Assembly: GCF_001194135.2 (NCBI RefSeq)
Contig: NC_068988.1
Location: 90,552,939-90,602,838 of the forward strand
Length of the DNA: 49,900 nt
Source of the DNA: Octopus bimaculoides
Taxonomy: Eukaryota
Direction of reading: 5' to 3'
The notes under the pieces are model-generated. The model was not told the DNA's origin. It did no database searches and saw only the letters and a list, made by a program, of their open reading frames with translations. Positions 24,571 to 37,763 of the stretch are shown here, piece after piece (the first letter of the stretch is position 1; each line of letters begins with the position of its first letter). The position numbers and the translations under genes are program-made.

Positions 24571-25023
24571 ATTAAATCGTATCAGGCGACATATGTATTT
24601 TGCAGGCTTCCACCCGATATTTGAATTATCATATTTGGAACATACTAAGACAAGGATAAATCAATAAATATATAAACGCGCTCATATGAACATACGCACT
24701 GTTACTTGATACAAACATACAGTCTATTTTTGCCCTCACAAGCTCCTCGTGACAGAACTACAGGATTAGAATGATTTACATATATTGAGGTATTTAAAAA
24801 TACAATGAAATACCCAAAACAATAATGGCTCTATCATAGCATTGATTCTGTGTATGTATATCCATGTATGTATATTTATGTATGTACGTACGTATGTAAG
24901 TTTATCTGTAAAGTTTGTAAACAAGAAAAAACGGAGTAAAAAGTTGTGAATTTTGGGCTCCCGATAAATTATATTTTATAACCCTATTATCAGTATAATA
25001 TACTTCCTCATATGTACACTTGA

Positions 25024-25043
25024 GTGTCCATATGTCCATATAT

Positions 25044-25097
<54 letters not shown>

Positions 25098-25550
25098 GTA
25101 TATATCGATATATATGCACAAATACACATGCATATGCATATTTATACACTATTATACATTCATATATGTTCATGAATCATATATTCACGAAGTGTGCATT
25201 TCTCTATTAATAGATACACACATATTCACGGATACAGGCACTAACACCAAAACCAGAAACATACACACACACACATACACACACGTACACACACACATTG
25301 CCTACATAAGCGCGTTCACATACACATAAATGCTGCACTTACACCTATAGAGGACAGGGTATATAAATACATTTTATGTATATATCACTCAATATTACTA
25401 TTTCAGTAGTTATTAAATTCCTAATGCCCCAACCTAATCGATATATGATCGATTCTGCGTTAATTTTGTCGATATATGTCAATATATATACACACCGCAA
25501 AATATATCTACACGTATGGGAGTTTCGTTTACTGTGACTAAGTTTATATG

Positions 25551-25589
<39 letters not shown>

Positions 25590-25959
25590 NNNNNNNNNNN
25601 NNNNNNNNNNNNNNNNNNNNNNNNNNNNNNNNNNNNNNNNNNTATATATATGTACAGAGAGAGAGAGATACATATATATATACATATATATATACATGTA
25701 TATATATATGTATATGTATGTATATATGTATATATATACATATATATATGTATATACATATATATATATATATATAAATATATATATGCGTATATATGTT
25801 TGAATATTCATATATATGTATGTTTATATAAGTGTGTGTGTGTGTGTGTATGTACATGTATGTGTATATAAATATATTTATACATATGGTATAACATATA
25901 TACCTATTTATATGAGTACATATATATATACACACACACACATACACATACATGTACAC

Positions 25960-25991
<32 letters not shown>

Positions 25992-26650
25992 NNNNNNNNN
26001 NNNNNNNNNNNNNNNNNNNNNNNNNNNNNNNNNNNNNNNNNNNNNNNNNNNNNNNNNNNNNNNNNNNNNNNNNNNNNNNNNNNNNNNNNNNNNNNNNNNN
26101 NNNNNNNNNNNNNNNNNNNNNNNNNNNNNNNNNNNNNNNNNNNNNNNNNNNNNNNNNNNNNNNNNNNNNNNNNNNNNNNNNNNNNNNNNNNNNNNNNNNN
26201 NNNNNNNNNNNNNNNNNNNNNNNNNNNNNNNNNNNNNNNNNNNNNNNNNNNNNNNNNNNNNNNNNNNNNNNNNNNNNNNNNNNNNNNNNNNNNNNNNNNN
26301 NNNNNNNNNNNNNNNNNNNNNNNNNNNNNNNNNNNNNNNNNNNNNNNNNNNNNNNNNNNNNNNNNNNNNNNNNNNNNNNNNNNNNNNNNNNNNNNNNNNN
26401 NNNNNNNNNNNNNNNNNNNNNNNNNNNNNNNNNNNNNNNNNNNNNNNNNNNNNNNNNNNTATATATATATATATAGTCACAGTCTACAGAAAAGATAAGG
26501 CGATAAGTCAGTCCGAAAATAGCTCATATATCTACAATGAGTGCGTGTGTATGTCTGTGTATATAATTATGCATATATACATATATGAGTGCTTGCGTGT
26601 ATGTGTGCGTATGTGTATATGTTTGTATGCGCGCGTCTGTCTGTGTGCAT

Positions 26651-26685
<35 letters not shown>
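25024..26685. repeat. (TA)/(CA)/(TG) degenerate microsatellite field with two gaps
   Basis: Directly visible. Confidence 0.9.
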
Positions 26686-26686
<1 letters not shown>

Positions 26687-26804
26687 TCCTAATAGAACTT
26701 AGCATAACATATATTAGACGGAGTCGGAACTTGGAAGGTTGAAAGCTCAAATCTGACATAGAACATTCTAGATTTAATGACCGTTAACAGAAAAAATATA
26801 ATTT

Positions 26805-27030
26805 CTAGACCAGGTGGTGCGTTGTGTTCTTGAGCAAAACATATTACTCTACGATCACCTGACACGTTGTGTATTGTGCACCTGTTCAGGCAACGTTGAT
26901 TTGATGGAGGGCGTGAGTTCATGTACGGTGCATACATTTCATCACTATAAACAAATCATGTGTGCAGGTCGTTCGTCAAAAGCTGAATACTCACACGTCG
27001 GGTTCGACGGGAGAATCTATCACATACTAA
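26805..27030 (+). mobile_element. Probable decayed SINE body
   Basis: GCGTTGTGTTCTTGAGCAAAACAT resembles the post-tRNA segments at 8822 and 14065; no clear head. Confidence 0.4.
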
Positions 27031-27124
27031 CATATACGTGGTGCATTGCAGAGGTTTTGAGACATTTTTAGGAGAGCAAGTCATAACGTCCTAGATTTCT
27101 GTAATTTTAGTATGCCATTAACTA

Positions 27125-27786
27125 TACATCTAAAAAGCTGACCTGCCAACTTTTGTTATTTCATACTGAAGGAGATAGTGCACTTTGAAAACACACTGCT
27201 GAACACTGCTTGTGACTGCTGACTAGTTTGCAGGATGCAGTGAAAACAATTTGGAAGCTCGCTATGCAATAAAATTGTATGTTAAACAGGGCAAAATAGC
27301 TACAGAAACTTATGAAATGCTCCAGACTGCTTATAGATTAACTCGTATGAGCTGAGCATCTCATTTTGGCTGGAACAAGAGGCTAGGCAAAGCAAATCCA
27401 CCAGGAAGCTTATGATGATCTCCTTTTTCGACAGCAAGGGCATCATCTACATCTAATGGGTTCGCTCTAGCCAAATGGTCTACAAAGAGTTCTTCGTAGA
27501 AGCTTTCAAAGAAAAGTTCAAGAATATATTTCGTCACAAAAGGCTTGAGCATCTGTACCGGAGCAGTGCACCGATTCACAGTTCCGTTCTGGTAACTAAC
27601 TACTTGACAGAGTTGGGAATCAAAAATGTTCCTCGCACTCACAACAACCCCAATCCCTTCTGCCTGTGACTTTTGGTTCTTTCTAGAGCTGAAGGAGATG
27701 AGGAAGGAGGCTGTGACAAGGGTCCTAGACATCTTCACTCTAGAAGATTTCTATGGGGCCTTCATGTAGTGGTTGAAGCGCAACAC
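27125..27786 (+). mobile_element. mariner remnant, internally deleted
   Basis: NNLEARYAIKLYVKQGKIATETYEML, then KLMMISFFDSKGIIY, SAPIHSSVLVTNYLTELGIKNVP, ACDFWFF.ELK, KEAVTRVLDIFTLEDFYGAF. Confidence 0.87.
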
Positions 27787-28253
27787 ACGTTTCAGAACAC
27801 GGAGGCCTGCATCAAGTGCCTGGAGGAGGTAGTGCTGCCCTGGTCAAGAGGGTGGCTGCTGGAAGACTCTATGTCTGTACCATGCCACACAAGCAGGACT
27901 CTGTACCATGCCACACAAGCAGGAGAACCCAGTCATGGTTGTCAGGCAATTTCTGCGACCACATCACTCCTAACATTTGACCACCTAACTCCTCAGACTG
28001 TAACTCCTTGATTATTATGTGTGGAGTGCAGTTGAGCGAGAGACCAACAAAACTCCTTGTAACACCAAAGATGAACTGAAGGCAAGGATTATGGCAGTAT
28101 TCACCAACTTAAACAAGGAGACCGTCCAGAAGAGTTGCAGGAGATTCCGAAGTCGTCTGGTTGAAGCCAATGGCGATTTTATTGAATGAATTTACTCTTT
28201 AGTATGTCAATGAGATGTCAGTGTTATTTTCCATTTTGCGTAATTTAGACGAT
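27787..28253 (+). mobile_element. DD37D (maT-type) transposase C-terminal remnant
   Basis: IKCLEEVVLPW..QDSVPCHTSRRTQSWLSGNFCDHITPNI*PPNSSDCNS.DYYVWSAVERETNK..VEANGDFIE*; 110 nt between D (27897) and D (28010), i.e. 37 codons minus 1 nt. Confidence 0.87.
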
Positions 28254-31200
28254 NNNNNNNNNNNNNNNNNNNNNNNNNNNNNNNNNNNNNNNNNNNNNNN
28301 NNNNNNNNNNNNNNNNNNNNNNNNNNNNNNNNNNNNNNNNNNNNNNNNNNNNNNNNNNNNNNNNNNNNNNNNNNNNNNNNNNNNNNNNNNNNNNNNNNNN
28401 NNNNNNNNNNNNNNTGAACAATCCACGGAAAAGAGTGCTCCATAATACAAAATAGAGTAAGATATTCATTTGAAGATGAAACTTCATAAAGCACGATTCT
28501 GAGTTCCTCTTTTCTTATTCGTAGGCAATGATGAAATTATTAAATGAAATTATGGATATGCACATGCTAATAATTTTAAGCATATCCTTTTTAGTAATAG
28601 GAGATGGATTAGAACCTATATTTGTGTACTGTAATTTCTAATTTAATTTCCTAAATAGATATTCATTGGATTCTCGGTATGTTGTAACACCTAAGAAAAA
28701 ATAACAATGTGCAAGTTTGTATAACTAATAACCTTTACGTCTAATTCTTTCAATAGCTTCGAGATTTTTTTCTAAAAGTATGTAACTATTACACATTCAT
28801 CGTATGGCAATGAGAAGTTTTTTTGTTTTTTTTTAATATACATTTCAAATTGTGAATTATTAAATTTTTTACGCAATAAATGCAAGATCTAAAAACCTAT
28901 AAGTTCACTTACTTCAGCAGAATCTAAACTTATATTAAAACAATTAGCGTCAACTTTATGAAAGTGACTATCTTTTTAGTGCATAATTATTTTAACATCG
29001 GAATTACTGACTGACATGATTCGTCGCAAAATCTAGAGATTTATTTAATTATCAAATGGTACAGTTCCATATTAACTGAGTTATGAAATACGGATAAAGT
29101 AATTTTATCAATTTTAAGGCTGTTCGTATCTAAAATGTTTACACTAACTATATATAAATCTCACTTTTGGACCATTATGCTAATGATTGCTAAATGTGAT
29201 GTACAATCTACATATATAGAGAGATGGACAGATAGACTGTACATCAACAATTTCGGGGATAGAGTATCTTAAACCATGCACGCTGAGTAACTGTTATATA
29301 TTTTTGCATTTCTGAAGAGTTTTGCATATTATTCTAAAGCGCCTGTATCTTAATACTCATTCTAAACTATACGTCTTTAGCCATAAAACTAAATTGATGA
29401 AATATTCCAAAATGGTTGATGTATAAACAACATATTTACCGTGTATAATACTCCTAAACGCTACCAATCAATCAAAGGCCTTTCAATTGTTTACATACTT
29501 CTTTAACATTTCTTTAACATGATTATTTTCGATGAGTTTTTTGTTTTTTTTTTCTAGTTTGTGTATAAATATAGAAGCTTTACCTCACCACCCGAGGAAC
29601 CGAGACGTGAAATTCAATGTTGCGATTAGAGAAATTTTAGCTTCAAATAAATGATGTACACGTGTGTGTGTGCGTGTGTGTTTTGGGGGGTCACGTGTTT
29701 ACTTCTGATTGTTTGTATGTTTATGTTGCTGTGTATCTGTACAGAGACTTGGACAGAAACAATGAAATATGATACGAAACTGAAATGTTCAAAATGATGG
29801 ATCTCGTTCTTGAACATTATTAATCTTTGAGAGCGTGGGCTTACTTGTTATTGTTAGTTTTGCTATTTATCGTTGTTGTTGTTATTATTATTATTATCAT
29901 CATCATCATCATCATTTTCGACGATATCAATATTATCATTAAAATGTTTTCAAGAATATAAATATTTTATGATTACTGTTAGTTTTATAGATAGCACTCA
30001 ATTGCATTTTATAGCTTATATTTCTGAAGCGTCCAAATAAATTTTTAAACGATTACACTGCAAATAAAACATAGATATTTGATAAAGGAATATTTTACTA
30101 ATTATTAAGACAATTAAACTATCAAAAAGTGTTTTATGATGTAGCAAAGAAAGTAAAATATAAACGAATATACAACATAAGCTATGTGTATGTATGTATT
30201 ATAAAACCAATTAAAATATATTGATATGCAATATAACTAATATATATATATTGAAATAAAACGAAAACCTGTAAAGTGAATTTAATACGTAATATAACTG
30301 AATAAAATGAAACGCATATAACATAGATTAAAGCAAGCGATAGGAAGAGAAAAGAAAAGCGAAGAAAAAAGAATATAACAGAAATAAGAATTCCATCAGA
30401 TCGGATGTAATATATTTATAAACAGTTTTATGAATATTTTATTAATGAAAATACTGTAATTAAAATATTATTTTATCACGTGACGTGTTGACAGTTAAAC
30501 AATCGATTCTATTGGTTTTCATAATGGAAAAGGTGAGAGAGAATATCAGATGTGACGGAGAGCTAGGTAGATTTATTTAATACTGACTTATATATAATAT
30601 ATTTTTTATTATATATATATATATATATATATATNNNNNNNNNNNNNNNNNNNNNNNNNNNNNNNNNNNNNNNNNNNNNNNNNNNNNNNNNNNNNNNNNN
30701 NNNNNNNNNNNNNNNNNNNNNNNNNNNNNNNNNNNNNNNNNNNNNNNNNNNNNNNNNNNNNNNNNNNNNNNNNNNNNNNNNNNNNNNNNNNNNNNNNNNN
30801 NNNNNNNNNNNNNNNNNNNNNNNNNNNNNNNNNNNNNNNNNNNNNNNNNNNNNNNNNNNNNNNNNNNNNNNNNNNNNNNNNNNNNNNNNNNNNNNNNNNN
30901 NNNNNNNNNNNNNNNNNNNNNNNNNNNNNNNNNNNNNNNNNNNNNNNNNNNNNNNNNNNNNNNNNNNNNNNNNNNNNNNNNNNNNNNNNNNNNNNNNNNN
31001 NNNNNNNNNNNNNNNNNNNNNNNNNNNNNNNNNNNNNNNNNNNNNNNNNNNNNNNNNNNNNNNNNNNNNNNNNNNNNNNNNNNNNNNNNNNNNNNNNNNN
31101 NNNNNNNNNNNNNNNNNNNNNNNNNNNNNNNNNNNNNNNNNNNNNNNNNNNNNNNNNNNNNNNNNNNNNNNNNNNNNNNNNNNNNNNNNNNNNNNNNNNN

Positions 31201-31417
31201 NNNNNNNNNNNNNNNNNNNNNNNNNNNNNNNNNNNNNNNNNNNNNNNNNNNNNNNNNNNNNNNNNNNNNNNNNNNNNNNNNNNNNNNNNNNNNNNNNNNN
31301 NNNNNNNNNNNNNNNNNNNNNNNNNNNNNNNNNNNNNNNNNNNNNNNNNNNNNNNNNNNNNNNNNNNNNNNNNNNNNNNNNNNNNNNNNNNNNNNNNNNN
31401 NNNNNNNNNNNNNNNNG

Positions 31418-31778
31418 ACTGACCAGAGAGGAAAGTGTTTGTTTGTAGACCTTTCAAACGCGTAAACCACACGCATTCTTTTGCCATAGCTATCAGTGTT
31501 ACAAAAACTGTTTTTCCTTCCCGTTTAAAGGAAGGTGGCGGAACAATATTCACGATAGACTCGGCTGATAAGTGGGCTCGTCCCACACGCGACAACAGCC
31601 GTTCGACGAAGGTCCACAGCTCTGAGATATCTGGACACTGCACGAGTGCGTGCAGAACGGTTTCGTCGCTCTGACCGCATCTCGGGCAGGTCGGTCCGGT
31701 GGTTTTCGAACCGTGTCTGTAGATCTCTCGAACTGGTAGTGCGTCCCGATAACATTGCCAAGCCAGGGATCTCTGGAA
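31418..31778 (-). mobile_element. Tx1/L1-like LINE ORF2 C-terminal zinc-knuckle fragment
   Basis: Open minus frame FQRSLAWQCYRDALPVR..TCPRCGQSDETVLHALVQCPDISELWTFVE..AMAKECVWFTRLKG (CX2C..HX4C). Confidence 0.83.
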
Positions 31779-31790
31779 ATAGATAGATAG

Positions 31791-31894
31791 ATATAATTAA
31801 TAGTGACAGATTAATACCAAAAGCTAATATTTATCCTCACTTAAAAGTGAATGTTTTGTTAGAACACAAAACATTCTGTCACTATTAATTATAT
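31791..31894. repeat. Nested inverted repeats (20-bp outer, 11-bp inner)
   Basis: ATATAATTAATAGTGACAGA / TCTGTCACTATTAATTATAT; GAATGTTTTGT (31849) / ACAAAACATTC (31866). Confidence 0.85.
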
Positions 31895-32229
31895 TTTAAT
31901 AACCCCACTGGCTATTTGCAACATCTTATCGGGCACTGTGACTCTATGTATATCACTTGCGGAGCACTCTCTGCTATTTCCAGCAGACCGAAATCACGTG
32001 ATCTGGTAGTCGAATGAAGGCGGTGCCGGATGTGATTGCCTCTCGCAAGCGATGTATGCAAGAGTGCTTATACGCAACACAAAACAATATATATACATGC
32101 AAACATTTTGATAAGCATGTTTCAACTGCATAGATATACTAGGATCTTGTAGCAACCTATTGGTTCAGTTGCATTTATTTCATCCAAGGTAAACATAGCC
32201 AGGGTTTTAAAGATAACGTAACGTATATA

Positions 32230-32440
32230 GTGAAGGTGATGGCTCAGTAATTAGACCGTTGGGTTCACAAGTTACATCGGTCTTTGCCTTTACCTTGGAT
32301 TACATCGATGGTGTGGAGAAGAGAGGCTAGTATGCATGGGCGACTGGTGGTCTTCCATAAACAACTCTACCCGGACTTGTACATCGGAGAGGAACTTTCT
32401 AGGTGCAATCCCATGGTCATTTATGACCGAAGTTAGTCTT
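32230..32440 (+). mobile_element. Probable decayed SINE-like repeat
   Basis: A-box-like TGGCTCAGTAATTAG at the start and a GC-richer body; family recalled only loosely. Confidence 0.35.
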
Positions 32441-32957
32441 TATTTTTTATACTACATGTAAGGCTGTAATAAATAAGCTTCATGGATATACAATTCGCCA
32501 ACCTTATTTTAACGTCTAAGATATACATTCCGTATACTGTATAAAATCTAAAGAAGCGGATCTCTGGAGGTACTCATCAGGTGAAATACCATGAGATTGT
32601 TTACCTTAAACAATTCCCCGTTGTTCTATATCATTCCATGTGCTTAATCAGAACCTGGATTATACTAGAGTGCATGTGAGCTACCGGCCTGGATTTCTTA
32701 ACCCTGTCCATTCACTTTTTATACACGTGTGTGTGTATGTGTGTGTGTGTCTGCGTGTAAATAAATGTGTGTGTGCGTGTGTATGTGTGTCGGGAAATGT
32801 TGCATGACTAAACATCTTCACGTGACGCGAGACTACGTAACTCAAAACCTGTTCTTTCATTGACATCCATATCACGCGTATACATATCCAAGTACATATG
32901 CTCATAGTAAGATACATGTAAACACACACACACACAAAGAGCCACACATAAACATAT

Positions 32958-32991
<34 letters not shown>

Positions 32992-33001
32992 NNNNNNNNN
33001 N

Positions 33002-33032
<31 letters not shown>

Positions 33033-33481
33033 TCATATATATACATATATACTTGCATACAAACTCAAGCACGCGTACACAAGCGGAAATATATTTATAC
33101 CCACTGATAGGTATGCATACATACATATTTCCATACGTGTGCATATACATTCGCCCATATATATATTCATGGAATATGCATAGAATTTGTACATGCGAAC
33201 GCAAGCATAACTGCGTAAATATATACACTTTGGTGTATATATTCACACAAATTTACCATGTGATATTAACAGTGATCCATTTTTTTAGAATATCTTAGAT
33301 CTTCCATTTTATACTCTTTTATCAACTACGAGCCTAATAAGTACTTTGGCGCGAGTCATTCCTGTAGCAATCTCAACTAATGTAAGTTTATATACACACA
33401 CACATGTATGTAAAGATATATGTTTATGCATATATATGCATGTACGTATGTATGTATATGTACATATATACGTGTGTGTGC

Positions 33482-33543
<62 letters not shown>

Positions 33544-33974
33544 GTGCGGTCTGTATAGATAGATATAGATATAGATATAGATATATTTGTATAAGTATAT
33601 ATCCATACATACATGTGTATAGATAGATACATAGATAAACAGAAATTTCACACAGGAAGACATATGCACATAAATCTGCAAAAGCACATTAAAATTTCAA
33701 TAATTCCGTAACCTAGTCTAAAACCAATTACAATATGTTACAAATGAAAAAAAAAATTGTGTGTGTGTGTGTGTGCGTGGCGTGCGCGCACGTGTTTGTG
33801 GGTATATCCGTGTATGCAAGTGTGTATGCATAGCGTTAAAGTCATTAAACACACTTAAGCATATCTAGAAATTTTGTTCGTGTTTAATGCATGCTAGCGG
33901 TCTGGTATATTTCTTGTCTTTCTTCATTCCTCCCAGAAGCTATAAAATTGAAATTACATTAAAAAAAAAAAACT

Positions 33975-33999
33975 GAAGCGAAGAAATAATAATAATAAC

Positions 34000-34036
<37 letters not shown>

Positions 34037-34058
34037 GTAATAATAATAATAATAATAG

Positions 34059-34092
<34 letters not shown>

Positions 34093-34277
34093 AATAATGA
34101 TAATAATATAACATACAGAAAATTGCACTACTGGGTACTGCACACATCCTACGCAAAACACTTTCAATACAGTAAACATAAGAGCACCACAGCAAACCAC
34201 AGCACATACCCAAGGCGCACAGAGCTGCGCTGGGTAGTGAAGTGAAAGCACGTTATAAAAAAATAAAACTACTGAAC

Positions 34278-34329
<52 letters not shown>

Positions 34330-34370
34330 GGGTGGAGGAGAAGGAGGAGGATAACTATAACCACTATTAC

Positions 34371-34416
<46 letters not shown>

Positions 34417-34565
34417 TTCAACATGCTTGACGTCTTATGTTTGCTATTTAGCATTGTTAAGGTAGCTTTCATTGTTCAAGTAGAGCAAGGAAAAGAAATC
34501 ATGAGAACAATATCAATAAGGAAAATACGAGTCATAGCGAAGATATTTCTTTTCTTCCCGTTTTA

Positions 34566-34654
<89 letters not shown>

Positions 34655-34930
34655 NNNNNNNNNNTGATGATGATGATAATAATAATGATAATAATAATAA
34701 TGATAATAATAAGAAGAAGGGCAAGACTATAACATTGGATCCCAGTGATCAACTGGTACTTATTTTATTTATTGACCTCGATAGAATAAAAGGCAAAGTC
34801 GATCTCGGCGGAATTTGAGCTCGGATCGTAAAAACGTAAAGACGAAATGCCGTAAATAATAATGATGATGGAGATGAAGATGATGGGGAATGGGGATGGT
34901 GGTGGTGGTGGCGTCGGCGGCGGTGGCGGC

Positions 34931-34980
<50 letters not shown>

Positions 34981-34985
34981 CAGCA
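33975..34985. repeat. Trinucleotide block: (AAT)n, (AGT)n, (ATG)n, (GGT/GGC)n
   Basis: Directly visible. Confidence 0.9.
34738..34855 (-). mobile_element. Deu/Nin-like SINE fragment
   Basis: CCCAGT..CAACTGGTACTTATTTT..ATAAAAGGCAAAGTCGATCTCGGCGGAATTTGAGCTC; lies between trinucleotide repeats. Confidence 0.8.
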
Positions 34986-35770
34986 CTAACGGTAATAATC
35001 AAAATAAAGTAAAGATAATGACGTTAAAGATATCAACGTTAGACGTTTAAAAGTTAATTTTGTGTCTTCTATAAGATTACTATTAAGAACCGTAATGCGT
35101 TTTTTTTTTCTATAAAAAGAAAAGACGTGTCTTTCTCGAACCTTTGGTTTCTAAATTCTGCATTGAATCAATATATGCCACATTATTTCACGGATGTGTA
35201 AATAAAGCAGCTTTCATAGCATGGCATGGTGCTGAGGCAGAAGCAATATGATGTTTTTAGGTTCTTTCTTGCTGTATTTTATGGGTAGCTAGAAATGAAA
35301 CTATAATTTAATATGGTGACCAATCCTTTATAAAGAAATGGTAAAAGGGGAAAAAATGGAAAAAAAAATTATTGGGAAAAATAAAGAAAACAACACGAAA
35401 ACAGATTTGTGTAAAAGATTATGGAGTTTATAAATGGAGGCTAAATTATATTATGAATATCCATTCTAAAACCTGATTTTCAGAGGGTTAAGCGGAATGA
35501 GAGGTGGTTATTATAACTGAAATCGATTTTAGTATGGCAATTAATTCGGAAAATCCAATAGAATCGCTTGAATAAACAGAATGAAAGACGATGGAGGGAA
35601 GAAATTAAAGGTTTGTGCCTACATAGTTGTATGACTATTTAACAGCGGCGTTTTATAATGTACGTCCGCTTATATGTTTACAGACAGACACTCAAACACA
35701 TATTTACACACACACACATACACACACGCACACAAATGCACACACACACACAACCCCCCCACACACACAC

Positions 35771-35801
<31 letters not shown>

Positions 35802-36633
35802 TATGTATATATATATAATGGATGTGTGTTTGCACATGGTATTATATATGAATGGAAGAAGTAGATGTGGGGAGAGCAAGTTGCCATGTATACATGTAAA
35901 TATATTGTTCTTCAGCAANNNNNNNNNNNNNNNNNNNNNNNNNNNNNNNNNNNNNNNNNNNNNNNNNNNNNNNNNNNNNNNNNNNNNNNNNNNNNNNNNN
36001 NNNNNNNNNNNNNNNNNNNNNNNNNNNNNNNNNNNNNNNNNNNNNNNNNNNNNNNNNNNNNNNNNNNNNNNNNNNNNNNNNNNNNNNNNNNNNNNNNNNN
36101 NNNNNNNNNNNNNNNNNNNNNNNNNNNNNNNNNNNNNNNNNNNNNNNNNNNNNNNNNNNNNNNNNNNNNNNNNNNNNNNNNNNNTATATATATATATATA
36201 TATATTATAATATTGTATATTATGAGTACAGCGATATAGTAAATATTTGCTTGAGTAAATATATGAAGGTTCTAGTATGTATATTACGAATGGAAGGAAA
36301 TAAAATCGAAGATGAAAATGGTAGAAGTGACAGGGTAGGAAAATAAGTCATAAACTAAAAATATTTAGAAAATACAAGTAAAAGGATCCCTAGCAGTCGC
36401 TGTCCTATGTCATAAATAGTTTAAACTGCTCTCGTGAATGACGGATATTGCACTCATATAAACTGAAGTACAAACATATGCACGCAATCATATATTTACA
36501 TTAACGCTTGCGCGCACGAACAGACACGCTCGGAAATATTTGAGCATACACACATGCAATATATTACCATCACTTAGATAAGCATTACATATATAATAAG
36601 AGATATTAATACGAAAATTCAACTAGATGTATG

Positions 36634-37083
36634 TGTAGTGGGAATATTTAGCAATCAGATCGCAATATCCGATGTCGCGATTCGCTAAAATATTACTCAT
36701 CAATCGAACAGATTTGACCAATCAAGACCTCGCCTGGGACCGGCTCCAGCAACAATTTCATCTCTTGGTGCGTTTCTATCAGAACCTAACCTTCACTATA
36801 TATTCAGTACACATTAGCTACAACGGACAGACGAGACAGCATACAGTCAGTGAAAAAACGGAGACAACAGCTGACCCTAGCTGACAGTAAAGCAATAAAT
36901 AGACGGCGGACAGCAACACAAGCACCAGCTAATATTTTGGTTGCTGCTACACTCGCACCAGTCCAAGAGCAGTAATATTTAAAATCTCTCAATTCGTAGC
37001 AACGACAAGTTTTCTTTGTTTTGGAAATAAACATATATTTTGTTTATGGAAAATCTCAGCAAACATTAGTGTTCTTCGTAACA
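36634..37083 (+). mobile_element. Probable Gypsy-type LTR
   Basis: TGTAGTG...CGTAACA ends; CCAAT (36717), TATA-like CTATATATTCAGT (~36795), AATAAA (~36894, ~37026); PBS-like sequence 2 nt downstream. No partner LTR or TSD seen. Confidence 0.55.
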
Positions 37084-37085
37084 AG

Positions 37086-37210
37086 TGATGACTCCGATGT
37101 AATGCACAGGGATGAAAACTGCGCCTCTAGATAGGTAAACCACACTCACGGGTTATGCGTCCAAAATGTGAGGACTCGCCGCAATATGGAAGCTTCGATT
37201 GGTGTTCATG
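37086..37210 (-). pseudogene. Gypsy gag N-terminal fragment
   Basis: Minus strand MNTNRSFHIAAS, frameshift, then TFWTHNP*VWFTYLEAQFSSLCITSES, matching the LPPFW..P..WF..E.QF...IT gag motif. Confidence 0.72.
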
Positions 37211-37311
37211 ATGTTGGAGACCGTTCGAAAGACATCTCAGTGTTGGAAATCTTGGTAGATGGTATTGGATGGTGAGCCTGCGAAATGTCCTTTAAACGTT
37301 TGATAAACGGG

Positions 37312-37763
37312 GCGAGCGGCGAGGGCGGCGAGAGTAGCGAGAGCGGCGAGAGCGGCGAAAACGGCGAGAGTGGCGAGAGAGGCGTGAGCGGCGGCAGCGG
37401 CGGCAGCGGCGGCAGCGGCCGCAGCGGCGGCAGCAGAAGCCGCGCAGNNNNNNNNNNNNNNNNNNNNNNNNNNNNNNNNNNNNNNNNNNNNNNNNNNNNN
37501 NNNNNNNNNNNNNNNNNNNNNNNNNNNNNNNNNNNNNNNNNNNNNNNNNNNNNNNNNNNNNNNNNNNNNNNNNNNNNNNNNNNNNNNNNNNNNNNNNNNN
37601 NNNNNNNNNNNNNNNNNNNNNNNNNNNNNNNNNNNNNNNNNNNNNNNNNNNNNNNNNNNNNNNNNNNNNNNNNNNNNNNNNNNNNNGCAGCGGTGGCGGC
37701 GCAGCGGTGGCGGCGCAGCGGTGGCGGCGCAGCGGTGGCGGCGCAGCGGTGGCGGCGCAGCGG
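37312..37763. repeat. GC-rich minisatellites: 9-bp GGCGAGAGC/GGCGGCAGC units and 15-bp GCAGCGGTGGCGGCG x5, with gap
   Basis: Visible either side of gap 37448-37687. Confidence 0.9.

Noticed and set aside
36672-37034. ORFs 36672-36884 (+) and 36804-37034 (-) as host genes
   Set aside because: No recognisable protein features; better explained as LTR sequence.
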